A stretch of DNA of 64,000 nt from Eledone cirrhosa (Eukaryota), in contig OZ024741.1 of assembly GCA_964016885.1 (NCBI GenBank), forward strand, positions 46,686,001 through 46,750,000, in the 5' to 3' direction. Made by a program: the position numbers and the translations under genes. Below the pieces are notes generated by a model, which was not told the DNA's origin, searched no databases, and saw only the letters and a list, made by a program, of their open reading frames with translations. Numbering within the stretch: the first letter of the stretch is position 1; each line of letters opens with the position of its first letter. This document shows, piece by piece, positions 14,140 through 27,131 of this stretch.

Positions 14140-15660
14140 ATAAATACCAAACCCGATTAAGAAAGATCTGCTCATCGGAACTCTCTGCGCAAAACAAAAC
14201 AGTGGCTCACAATGTGTTTGCTGTGCCTGTCCTAACACCAACGTTTGGAATACTCAATTGGAGGATAGACGAAATCCGAGCAGTTAATGTTGGAACTCGA
14301 AAAATACTAAACAACACCGGAAACTTCCACATCAACAGTGACATAGACCGCCTTTACTTGAAACGTAAGCAGGGAGGCAGAGGCCTAACATCAGTCCAGA
14401 CAACATTTGAATGTTGCATCATATCTCTCCGACAACATCTAAGAACCTCGAAGCGTAGGCGCCCGCTTCTCGAAAGAGTCTATCTGCATGAAACAGATAA
14501 GATCATGAGAGTTGGGAAGGAACTCCTCGAGAGATATTCCCTGTGTGATAATCAAAAACTCACACCCAGGGATGTCGCTCAGCAGTATCGCAGTGAATCC
14601 ATGGATGAAAAACTGCATGCTTATCAGCAAAAAATCATGCATGGATATGTTTCCAGGAACCTCCAGAGGCAGAGTAATATAGATAAGGAAAGTAGTCTAT
14701 CTTGGACCAACAACCGCTATATTGGCTCCCACTTTGAAGGATACGCTTTTGCAATCCAAGAACAGGAGATTAGCACGAAATACCTGATTCACAAAAGAGA
14801 TAGGGATGCAGGCAAAACACCTAGATGTGATAACAAGTGCAGACTCTGCAGAACTAACACCGAGGATATCACCCATGTCATCAGCAGCTGTCCAAAGATA
14901 TCATCGCGGTACTATCTACCTATGAGGGATGATGTAGTGGCCGAAACACTGTACAATGCAGTTGGTAAAACAGATATCCCCGATAATAAACACATTAAAA
15001 GCTACAGCAATGTGGAAGACATCCATGTACATAATATGAAAGAGTACTGGTGGAATGTTCCAGTAAAAACCCCAATAAAATGCAGGCATAACAGACCAGA
15101 TATTATGATATGGGACAGGGAGAAGAAAGCATGCACAGTAGTGGAAGTTAGCTGTCCAGCAGATGCCAATATAATATCAAAGATTAGTGAAAAAGAGAAT
15201 ATTTATGCAGAACTGATGAGAAATCTGCAGATACTCCACCCTGATTACACCTTCAAATTTATGCCTGTGATTATTGGGGCACTGGGGTGTGTTAGTAACT
15301 GCTTCAATACAAATCTTGAGAAGCTAGGCTTCACAGGAACAGAAAGAACACAACTAGTTAGGAAATTACAAGTACAATCCATTAATGGAACAGTAAAAAT
15401 ATGTAAAACATTCCAAAAAATTTTGCATCTAATAACTGCATATACACATGCACAGATCCAAAGTATATACACATGCACACATACAACTCAAAACATACAC
15501 ATCCACACATACAATAACATCCATATCTACACATGCATGCATACATACATATCTACCTAGTTGATGTTGTGTAAATTCCAAGAGAGAGTCTTGTGTCTAT
15601 GTTAGAAACCGACTCTCTCTCTATTGGTAAAACTTTGTGAAATTAGAAAACCAGAAGAAC
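14140..15660 (+). mobile_element. 5'-truncated R4/Dong-like RLE LINE, copy 2, ending in (ATAC)n
   Basis: ORF 14202-15560: LYLKRKQGGRGL, CRLC...HVISSC knuckle, RPDI-EVSCP-EK RLE motifs. The 3' end is the same as copy 1 and the 5' side abuts copy 1's (ATAC)n tail. Confidence 0.88.
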
Positions 15661-16199
15661 ATACATACATACATACATACATACATACATACATACATAC
15701 ATACACACACACACATACATACATACATACATACATACATACATACATACATACATACATACATACATACATACGTACATACATACATACACACATACAT
15801 ACATACATACATACATACATACACACATACATACATACATACACACATACATACATACACACACACATACATACATACATACATACATACATACATACAC
15901 ACACACATACATACATACATACATACATACATACACACATACATACATACATACATACATACATACATACATACATACATACATACACACATACATACAT
16001 ACATACATACATACATACACACATACATACATACATACATACATACATACATACATACATACATACATACATACATACATACATACACACATACATACAT
16101 ACATACACACATACATACATACATACATACATACATACGTACGTACATACATACATACATACATACATACATACATACATACATACATACACACATACA

Positions 16200-16228
<29 letters not shown>
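15661..16228 (+). repeat. Long (ATAC)n/(CATA)n microsatellite
   Basis: Direct reading; it produces the spurious MYVC and HTYI ORFs. Confidence 0.95.
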
Positions 16229-16230
<2 letters not shown>

Positions 16231-16407
16231 TTATCACAATATTCAAATCGTCCCTCTGTTATTCAACATATATTTGAGATTACAGGAGATTCCTTCTCCC
16301 AAATCTCCATTGATCCGTGAAAGACAGCAATGGAAATTGACAGGAAAGGAAGAAAAATATAAATATAACATTAAAAACAGATAAGAATAGTTTCAGTAGG
16401 TGAGCTC

Positions 16408-18545
16408 ACTACCACCTTACCACCACCGTACTACAACCATACGAACACCATACTACCACCATACCACCACCGTACTACAACCATACGAACACCATACTAC
16501 CACCATACCACCACCATACTACCACCATACTACCACCATACTACCACCATACCACCACCACCATACTACCACCATACTACCACCTTACCACCACCATACC
16601 ACCACCATACTACCACCATACTACCACCATACTACCACCATACTACCACCATACTACCACCATACCACCACCACCATACCACCACCATACTACCACCATA
16701 CTACCACCATACCACCACCACCATACTACCACCATACTACTACCTTACCACCACCATACCACCACCATACTACCACCATACTACCACCATACTACCACCA
16801 TACTACCACCATACCACCACCATACTACCACCATACTACCACCATACTACCACCATACCACCACCACCATACCACCACCATACTACCACCATACTACCAC
16901 CATACCACCACCATACCACCACCATACTACCACCATACTACCACCATACCACCACCACCGCACTAGAACCATACCAACACCATACTACCACCATACCACC
17001 ACCATACCACCACCATACTACCACCATACCACCACCATACTACCACCATACTACCACCATACAACCACCACCATACTACCACCATACTACCACCTTACCA
17101 CCACCATACCACCACCATACTACCACCATACTACCACCATACCACCACCATACCACCACCATACTACCACCATACTACCACCATACCACCACCATACCAC
17201 CACCATACTACCACCATACTACCACCATACCACCACCATACTACCACCATACTACCACCATACAACCACCACCATACTACCACCATACTACCACCTTACC
17301 ACCACCATACCACCACCATACTACCACCATACTACCACCATACCACCACCATACCACCACCATACTACCACCATACCACCACCATACTACCACCATACTA
17401 CCACCATACCACCACCATACTACCACCATACTACCACCATACCACCACCACCATACTACCACCATACTACGACCTTACCACCACCATACTACCACCATAC
17501 TACCACCATACTACCACCATACTACCACCATACTATCACGACCATACTACCACCATACTACCACCACCATACTACCACCATACCACCACCACCATACCAC
17601 CACCATACTACCACCATACCACCACCACCATACCACCACCATACCACCACCATACTACCACCACCATACTACCACCATACCACCACCATACTACCACAAT
17701 ACCACCACCACCATACTACCACCATACTACCACCACCATACCACCACCATACTACCACCACCATACTACCAGCACCATACTACCACCATACTACCACCAT
17801 ACCACCGCCATACTACCACCATACTACCACCATACCACCGCCATACTACCACCATACTACCACCATACCACCGCCATACTACCACCATACTGCCACCATA
17901 CCACCACCATACTACCACCATACCACCACCCTCCAACCACCACTACAAGACACTCCCTACCACCACCACCACCATCCCACCACCACTACAAGACTCTCCC
18001 TACCACCACCACCACCATCCCACCACCACTACGAGACTCTCCCTACCACCACCACCACCCTCCCACCACCACTACAAGACTCTCCCTACCACCACCACCA
18101 CCATCCCACCACCACTACCCTCCCACCACCACTACCCTCCCACCACCACCATCCCACCACCACTACCCTCCCACCACCACTACAAGACTCTCCCTCCCAC
18201 CACCATCCCACCACCAATATAAGACTCTCCCTCCCACCACCACCACCACCACCATCTCACCACCACTACAAGACACTCCCTCCCACCACCATCACCATCC
18301 CACCACCACTACATCACTCTCCCTCGCACCACCACCACCACTACCATCCCACCACCACCATCCCACCACCACTACAAGACACTCCCTCCCACCACCATCA
18401 CCATCCCACCACCACTACATCACTCTCCCTCGCACCACCATCACCATCCCACCACCACTACATCACTCTCCCTCGCACCACCACCACCATCCCACCACCA
18501 CTACAAGACCCTCCCACCACCACCACCATCTCACCACCACTACAA
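16408..18545 (+). repeat. CCA-based satellite: (CACCATACT/CACCATACC)n to ~17930, then a ~40 bp minisatellite (CCACCACTACAAGACTCTCCCT...)
   Basis: Direct reading. Confidence 0.9.
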
Positions 18546-18801
18546 GCCTCCCCCCCCCCCCCTCTCAAATGTGGCACCATCTACGTCATACTTGCGAGAA
18601 CTCATGCTATGTTCTCATTAGATTCTGCACGTTGGTGAAACTGACCGTGCAAGAGGAACTGTCAATAACAGTCTAAGGAATAATACAAAGGAAGGAATCA
18701 GTCGTTTACCAATTCTTCCCCTTCCCCTCCCCTTTCTCTCTTTTCTCAACTCCTCCCGACCCCACCGCCACTTCTCCCGATTCGCTTTTCGTCTGTAGGT
18801 A

Positions 18802-18871
<70 letters not shown>

Positions 18872-18899
18872 TGTGTGTATATATTTATTTATATGTATA

Positions 18900-18955
18900 T
18901 ATGTAAGTATGTATGTATACGTACATACATATATGTATACAGACGTACAGTAGCA

Positions 18956-19007
<52 letters not shown>

Positions 19008-19436
19008 CAGGTACACATACATATATGCACGTATCAGTTTAGCGGACGCTTATTATAACGCCGCTTTGTTCGTTTGTAAACAAACTGAACAGCCAGAATT
19101 TATGCCATACGGTGTTAAGGCAACCACGTCACCTTTTTGTTCAACACTGATACAGGAACGATGTACTAGTTTCAAGCTTGTTAGCTATCATCAGCACCGT
19201 ATACCCTTCTGCCAGATAGCTGAACGTTCGAAAGTATATACTTTCCTTATGAAAATTAACGGCTGAGCAGCCTAATTTGCATATCGAGTGAGTTAAATCG
19301 GTCAGGCATACCGAAAACGATAAGTTGAAATAAAATGAAAACGAAATTTCATTTCTCACTCTTAGTACGGCACTTACTTAAATGTAAGTATGTATGTATA
19401 CGTACATACATATATGTATACAGACGTGCAGTAGCA

Positions 19437-19496
<60 letters not shown>

Positions 19497-20113
19497 CAGG
19501 TACACATACATATATGCACGTATCAGTTTAGCGGACGCTTATTATAACGCCGCTTTGTTCGTTTGTAAACAAACTGAAAAGCCTGAATTTATGCCATACG
19601 GTGTTAAGGCAACCACGTCACCTTTTTGTTCAACACTGACACAGGAACGATGTACTAGTTTCAAGCTTGTTAGCTATCATCAGCACCGTATACCCTTCTG
19701 CATACATATATGTATGTACGTATACATACATACTTACATTTAAGTAAGTGCCGTATTAAGAGTGAGAAACGAAATTTCGTTTTCATTTTATTTCAACTTA
19801 TCGTTTTCGGTATGCCTGACCGATTAAACTCACTCGATATGCAAATTAGGCTGCTCAGCCGTTAATTTTCATAAGGAAAGTATATACTTTCGAACGTTCA
19901 ACTATCTGGCAGAAGGGTATACGGTGCTGATGATAGCTAACAAGCTTAAAACTAGTACATCGTTCCTGTGTCAGTGTTGAACAAAAAGGTGACGTGGTTG
20001 CCTTAACACCGTATGGCATAAATTCAGGCTGTTCAGTTTGTTTACAAACGAACAAAGCGGCGTTATAATAAGCGTCCGCTAAACTGATACGTGCATATAT
20101 GTATGTGTACCTG

Positions 20114-20173
<60 letters not shown>

Positions 20174-20286
20174 TGCTACTGTACGTCTGTATACATATAT
20201 GTATGTACGTATACATACATACTTACATTTAAGTAAGTGCCGTACTAAGAGTGAGAAATGAAATTTCGTTTTCATTTTATTTCAAC
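18900..20286. repeat. ~480 bp unit in partial direct tandem followed by an inverted copy
   Basis: 18900-19380 is repeated at 19381-19700; 19701-20286 is the reverse complement of the unit running across the tandem junction. Confidence 0.85.
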
Positions 20287-20467
20287 CTATATGTATATAT
20301 ATATATATGTAAATATATCAGGGCGTGCATGTGTATATTCACGGACTCACACACATACATACATATATATATATATTTATTGTAGACGCGTTCTTGAGAC
20401 TAGTAAAATGAGGTATCCTCTTGATAAGTCGGCAGACCTCGCAAGGACTCTATATCTTTATGATGTA

Positions 20468-21112
20468 CTAGCAGTAAAGCCCGGCGTTGCTCGGGGTCGC
20501 TCAGTAGCTGTGTTAAAGTTACAATGTTAAGTTTCTTTTTTGGCTTAAAGTCTGTCTGCACGACTGTCTGTCTGCACGCCTAACGAAATTTACAGATACA
20601 TATATTTTAAATAAACTTATATAATTTTTGCTTTTTTTTACGAAATATTTGCTTGTTTTACGTAGTCTTTAAATAGACTTGTTTTCAATTAAAAATATTG
20701 TTTTAAAAGGCTTTTAAATGGAAATGAAGCAAAACGGAAGCTTAGTGTTCGAACTGATGAATTTTGCTGGCTCGACAACTGTTCGTGTATTGTGTTAATG
20801 TCATTTTAAACGCTGAGAAAGCCAGCGAAATTTTTTTAATTTTTGCACGCAGAAAATGTAAACAGAACGTAAGACGCTCAATGTAAACAGAACAAAGGGA
20901 AATAACTCGTCACTTACGCTCAAAAATCGATACATTAGATTCGATTTCGTCACATAGGGTGGGTCAATTTGAAATATTTTTTTTCCGATGTCTTCGCTAG
21001 GGCTCAATGTACAAATATAGCAATTTCGGTGCAATTCCGTCAGAGATTCTAAGAGGAGATGTGTGCCAAAAATCGATAGACAGACAGACAACCACAGCTT
21101 TATATATATAGA
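20468..21112 (-). mobile_element. Non-autonomous Helitron-like element
   Basis: Minus strand reads A|TCTATATATATAAAG ... CCCGAGCAACGCCGGG-CTTTACTG-CTAG|T, with a (GTCT)n tract near the 5' end. Confidence 0.75.
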
Positions 21113-21381
21113 TTGTTTTTGTTTATGCCACGAAACTACGTAGTCGAGGAATCTAGGAGCAGTTTAGGTATGATACATTTTATTACTAATTATATCTAAA
21201 TGTTTCTTCTCTCTTCATAATGTATTTTTAACTCTGATACTGGTTCAGTCTAGTTCAACCGGATTGGTCTGTCCCAGTCATTCATTGAGCAACATCGGTG
21301 AAGTTGGCACCCTTAACTCATGGTTGGGTGCGGATGCATTCATGTATATGTGTGTGTCCGCATGTATCTGTGTGTTTCTAA

Positions 21382-21421
<40 letters not shown>

Positions 21422-21612
21422 GGTTTGAGGTTCACCACTGTATAGAGCTGGTCTATTCCGTATGGTCAATCGTAATGCAATAATATAGAGAGTACTCAAC
21501 GTAAAGCAGTTCAACCGTCTTTGTTTTTGTAGTTGGTGGTGCTATTACGGAGTTAAATATTATAATGAAATGACAGGAGGCTGGATTTGTGTAAATCCTT
21601 GAAAGGTTTATT

Positions 21613-21670
21613 ATACTATGATCATTTCAATGACCGGGTTCCGTATGAATCCGGTGATATCATCAGGTAT
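21613..21670 (-). ncRNA. Hammerhead ribozyme motif (inverted copy)
   Basis: Reverse complement of 22521-22578. Confidence 0.6.
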
Positions 21671-22520
21671 TCGAAATATAATACGTGAATGTAATAGGTA
21701 AAATCCATGGGGCTGAGAATCGAGACCCGAGGGCGACCGCTATTCTGTTCCTTCAACCTCAGCCTGTCGCACTGGAGTGACGTGGCTAAATTTTATAGTA
21801 TGCTACTACCGGTCAGATGAACGAAAACAGAAAGAGATGGGAGCATAGGTTAACGTCGATCCCATGACACAAGGTAAAAGAAAGAAAGAAAGGAAGGAGA
21901 AGAAGGGGGAAGAAAGAAGAAGAGAAGTCAGGGTTAATGTCAGCTAAAAGAGGAAGGTAACTACTACTGGTCAGATATAGGCAAGCAAGAGGGGGAAGGA
22001 AGATAAGTCTGCGGGAGGAGGAGAGGAGAGAAGGAAGGGAAGAGAGAAGTAGAAAAGTAAGGGTTGATGGCTACAAGAAGGAAGATAGAAAGGAAGAGGA
22101 AGAAAGGTCGATATTAATGTCAGACCACAGTCAAGCCAGGAGTGGCGCGAGAAAATTTTCACAGGGACCCGCATCTTAGCGGAGATGAATATATTGGGAG
22201 TCAGTGTTTTACAGTGTTTAGACTTCTAGGATGAAGTTAAAAAAATTTAATAATCGATATTCAATATTAAAGAGGTTAGAAAATTTAAAGTTCAACAGTT
22301 TAACAATTAATTATATAATAGTTCCGATTTGTTCTGTAATTTAAAGGTACTATTTGGCGGTTAAAACAACGGCCGCGCCCCGGGCCCCATGGCGAATTAA
22401 GCCACGCCGAGTATTTTCATTTACTGAAAGAAAGGGAAATTTATTTTTCCGAGCACTCCAGGTGGTCTCGATTCTCAGCCCCATGGATTTTACCTATTAC
22501 ATTCACGTATTATATTTCGA

Positions 22521-22578
22521 ATACCTGATGATATCACCGGATTCATACGGAACCCGGTCATTGAAATGATCATAGTAT
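22521..22578 (+). ncRNA. Type I hammerhead ribozyme motif
   Basis: ATAC-CTGATGA-[T AT c ACCGG a TTC atacg GAA c CCGGT c AT T]-GAAA-TGATCA-TA-GTAT: stem I ATAC/GTAT, long imperfect stem II, palindromic ATGATCAT stem III, AUA triplet. Confidence 0.6.
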
Positions 22579-22628
22579 AATAAACCTTTCAAGGATTTAC
22601 ACAAATCCAGCCTCCTGTCATTTCATTA

Positions 22629-22724
<96 letters not shown>

Positions 22725-22757
22725 TGCATATGTATATATATACATATATATATATTC

Positions 22758-22837
<80 letters not shown>

Positions 22838-22860
22838 ATATAGATGCATATATATATATT

Positions 22861-22927
<67 letters not shown>

Positions 22928-22933
<6 letters not shown>

Positions 22934-24320
22934 AAGTTTGTGCTCATCAGTGGCCATCCAACCGTCGTAGGCATTTCGTCGCAGTAAAGGCCATATACCT
23001 CAGGTTGGTGCGAGCAACGGCTAAAAAAAGTCGTTGGGACACGTAAATAAAGGGGACGCTAGGGTAAACGAACAAAATGGTTTAAGCAGCAGAAAGTGAT
23101 GAAGAAGGAAACAAGTCCCAGATTTCTATGAATATAAATTCGGTGGAATCGTGAACGAGAGAATAAAGACCATCAAACCTGGTTGAAATGTGAGCAAGGA
23201 AGGAATTTCGCACAGGTCTAACGGGAGGAAGAAGGGGTCTGGTCTGCGAATTCGGTAAACATAAGTTCTGTGAAGTCGCAGACGAGAGAGAGAGAAAAAA
23301 AATTCATATCGGCTTGGCCAAGTGCCCGCGAGAAAATGATTATGGACAGGTCAAACGGGAAGAAAGGGGAGGAGGAGAGGTAGTGACAGAGAGTGAGTGA
23401 GTGAGTGAAAGGTGAGGAAGAGGCTAACAGAGAGAGAGACTGCTAGAAAGGGTAAAGACACAAAGAACGAAACAGACGGTGGCAGCGGAGAAAAAATATA
23501 TGTGTAAATATGATAATAATGGAGCTGCGGCGCTGCAAATGGGTTACATATGAAAAAGTTTGTCCTCATCAGTGGCCATCCAACCGTCGTAGGCATTTCG
23601 TCGCATTAAAGGCCATATACCTCAGGTTGGTGCGAGCAACGGCTAAAAAAAGTCATTGGGACACGTAAATAAGGGGGACGCTCCATTATTATCATATTTA
23701 CACATATATTTTTTCCTCCGCTGCCACCGTCTGTTTCGTTCTTTGTGTCTTTACCCTTTCTAGCAGTCTCTTCTCTCTGTTAGCCTCTTCCTCACCTTTC
23801 ACTCACTCACTCTCTGTCACTACCTCTCCTCCTCCCCTTTCTTCCCGTTTGACCTGTCCATAATCCTTTTCTCGCGGGCACTTGGTCAAGCCGGTATGAA
23901 TTTTTTTTCTCTCTCTCTCTTGTCTGCGACTTCACAGAACTTATGTTTACCGAATTCGCAGACCAGACCCCTTCTTCCTCCCGTTAGACCTGTGCGAAAT
24001 TCCTTCCTTGCTCACATTTCAACCAGGTTTGATGGTCTTTATTCTCTCGTTCACGATTCCACCGAATTTATATTCATAGAAATCTGGGACTTGTTTACTT
24101 CTTCATCACTTTCTGCTGCTTAAACCATTTTGTTCGTTTACCCTAGCGTCCCCCTTATTTACGTGTCCCAACGACTTATTTTTAGCCGTTGCTCGCACCA
24201 ACCTGAGGTATATGGCCTTTACTGCGACGAAATGCCTACGACGGTTGGATGGCCACTGATGAGGACAAACTTTTTCATATGTAACCTATTTGCAGCGCCG
24301 CAGCTCCATTATTATCATAT
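22928..24320. repeat. ~620 bp unit with a ~130 bp direct terminal repeat followed by an inverted copy; flanked by (TA)n
   Basis: 22928-23060 is repeated at 23549-23681; 23679-24320 is the reverse complement of the unit. Confidence 0.85.
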
Positions 24321-24363
24321 ATATATATGTAGATATATATATATAGATGCATATATATATATT

Positions 24364-24428
<65 letters not shown>

Positions 24429-24509
24429 GTACATATATATAAATACAAGTACACACATTTTTTCTCATTATTTCCATTATTTGATGTCTTTGCATTGTAC
24501 TTTACAAGT

Positions 24510-25795
24510 AGCCACCACCACCACTACCACTGCCACCACCACCACCACCACTACCACTCCCACCACCACCACTACCATTGCAACCACCACTACCACTGCA
24601 ACCACCACCACTACCACTGCCACCACCACCACTACCACTCCCACCACCACCACTACCAATGCCACCACTACCACTGCAACCACCACGACTACCACTGCCA
24701 CCACCACCACTACCACTGCCACCACCACCGCTACCACTGCCACCACCACCACTACCACTGCCACCACTACCAATACCACCACCACCACTACCACTCCCAC
24801 CACCACCACTACCAATACCACCACCACCACTACCACTGCCACCACCACCACTACCACTGCCACCACCACCACTACCACTACCACCACCACCACTACCACT
24901 GCCACCACCACCACTACCACTGCCACCATCACTACCACAGCCACCACCACCACTACCACTGCCACCACCACCACTACCACTACCACTGCCACCACCACCA
25001 CTGCCACCATCACTACCACTGCCACCACCACCACTACCACTGCCACCACCACCACTACCACTGCCACCACCACCACTACCACTGCCACCATCACTACCAC
25101 TGCCACCACCACCACTACCACTGCCACCACCACCACTACCACTGCCACCACCACCACTACCACTGCCACCATCACTACCACTGCCACCACCACCACTACC
25201 ACTGCCACCACCACCACTACCACTCCCACCACCAACACTACCAATGCCACCACTACCACTGCCACTGCCACCACCACCACTACCACTGCCACCACCACCA
25301 CTACCACTGCCACCACCACCACTGCCACCACCATCACTACCACCCCCTCCACCACCACTACCAATGCCACCACTACCACTGCCACCACCACTACCACTGC
25401 CACCACTACCACCCCCTCCACCACCACTACCAATGCCACCACTACCACTGCCACCATCACTACCACTGCCACCACCACCACTACCACTGCCACCACCACC
25501 ACTACCACTGCCACCACCACCACTACCAATACCACCACCACCACTACCACTCCCACCACCACCACTACCAATTCCACCACTACCAACACCACCACTACCA
25601 CTACTATCACCACTACCACCACTACCACCACTACCACCATTACCACTGCAACCACCACTACGACAGCTATCACAACTACCACCACTACCACCACTACCAT
25701 CACTATCACCGCAACCCCCACTACCACCACTACCTTCACTATCACCGCAACCACCACTACCACAGCTACCAGCGCTGCCACCGCCGCCGCCATCA
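24510..25795 (+). repeat. (ACC/ACT/GCC)n trinucleotide-based low-complexity repeat
   Basis: Direct reading; open in several frames (poly-T, poly-H, poly-P, poly-V). Confidence 0.9.
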
Positions 25796-26671
25796 CAATC
25801 GTTGCTATTTCTTTTCGCCTGTTTTTCTTTTTTTGGGGGGGGGGGGGGGGTCCATCTGTGATGTTTTCCTTCGCCATTTTTTTTTGTCTCCTTTCTTAAC
25901 GATAAATCGTTTGGGATTTCTGTCTCTTTATTTATTCTCTATTTATTCACTCCTTCAAATTATTTATCAATAAGGAAGTTCTTTGATAGTCATAAAACTT
26001 ATTTAATGCGTACAATCTCTCAGGTGTCAACCACACACATTGCCATGATATCACCTACTGTGATACACAACAATTGCATACGTCACTTGCATATTTTCAG
26101 ACAAACACATTTCCTTACGTCCATGCACCTACCTACCTATAGATATAATTTGTCTGCACGCCTGGAAGCTGTTATTGTTATTATTGTTATTATCATTATT
26201 GTTGTTGTTGTTGCTATGCTTTGAAGCATACGAACATCTTTCAAGATAGTTCCGAGAAAATTGGATTATTACTAAGTTTTCAGGGGGAGGGGCATTTTTT
26301 CTTTCTTCTTTGTGTTTCTTTTTTTGTTTTTGTTTTTGTTTTTGTTTTTGTTTTGTTTGTTTTTTTGTTGTTTTTTTTGCAACAGCAGATTTCTGAAACG
26401 TATGGATGTTTATTTCAACATATATATTTGTGTTGACGTTCAATATGGCTTCTACTCTCATGTTTCCCCCCGAAGACAACCGACAGAAAAATCCAGGATT
26501 TATACCCTAATATCGGTGCAAGAGGGGAGTAAGCCCATTAGACTGGAGGTGCGATACAGAGAGCCCAGATGTACCTGTAATATTATGGGGCATTTGATGG
26601 ATTTCTGTTCAGAAGGTCTGATAATGCAAAAAATATATAAATAATAAAATGATAATAATAGCAATAATAAT

Positions 26672-27131
26672 GGGTTCTGATTTAGGTACAAGGCCAGCAA
26701 TTTTAGGGGACGGGTAGTGGATTAAATCGACCTCAGTGCATTACTGGTACCTTATTTTATCGACCCAACAAGGTTGAAAGGCAAAGGTAACCTCGGCGGG
26801 ATTTGAATTCAGAACGTAAAGGGACATAACTCTATGCCACGAAGCATGGTGTCCGACACTCTACCGATACAGCAAAATAATTATCTATAATATAATAAAG
26901 GGAGGAGTGCGGGACTGAGTCTGTTTTATAATTTTTTGTCCCGTTAACCTCGACGGGATTTGAACTCAGATCATAAAGGGCCGTAACTCTATGCTGCAAA
27001 GCATGGCGTCCGAACCAATACTGATACTGCCAATCCAATGCTCTTAATAATAATAATTGTTTCTACTTTTGGCACTAGGCCGGCAATTACTCAGTGCATT
27101 ACTGGTACTTTATTTTATCGACCCCGTAAGA
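26672..27131 (-). mobile_element. Cluster of three tandem SINE copies or fragments (main family)
   Basis: Reverse complements of the SINE at 793-969, at ~26672-26873, ~26940-27040 and ~27058-27131; two have (TAA)n at their 3' ends on the + strand. Confidence 0.8.

Larger units (their letters stand above)
21420..22635. mobile_element. Penelope-like non-autonomous element with ~170 bp inverted pseudo-LTRs, inserted in (TA)n
   Basis: ~21558-21727 is the reverse complement of ~22463-22635. Each arm carries a hammerhead motif. No recognisable ORF. Confidence 0.6.

Noticed and set aside
15602-16320. MYVC and HTYI repeat ORFs, and similar YI, CV and LS ORFs elsewhere
   Set aside because: Translations of microsatellites.
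24195-24275. Canonical hammerhead built from CTGAGGT/GAAA or CTGATGAGGAC
   Set aside because: No arrangement gives both an intact CUGANGA core and a closing stem II with GAAA, so it is not called as a ribozyme.
24130-25973. Long Thr-, His-, Pro- and Val-rich ORFs (possible mucin-like exon)
   Set aside because: Open in several frames on both strands because the ACC-based repeat lacks stops; no flanking domain or convincing splice context.
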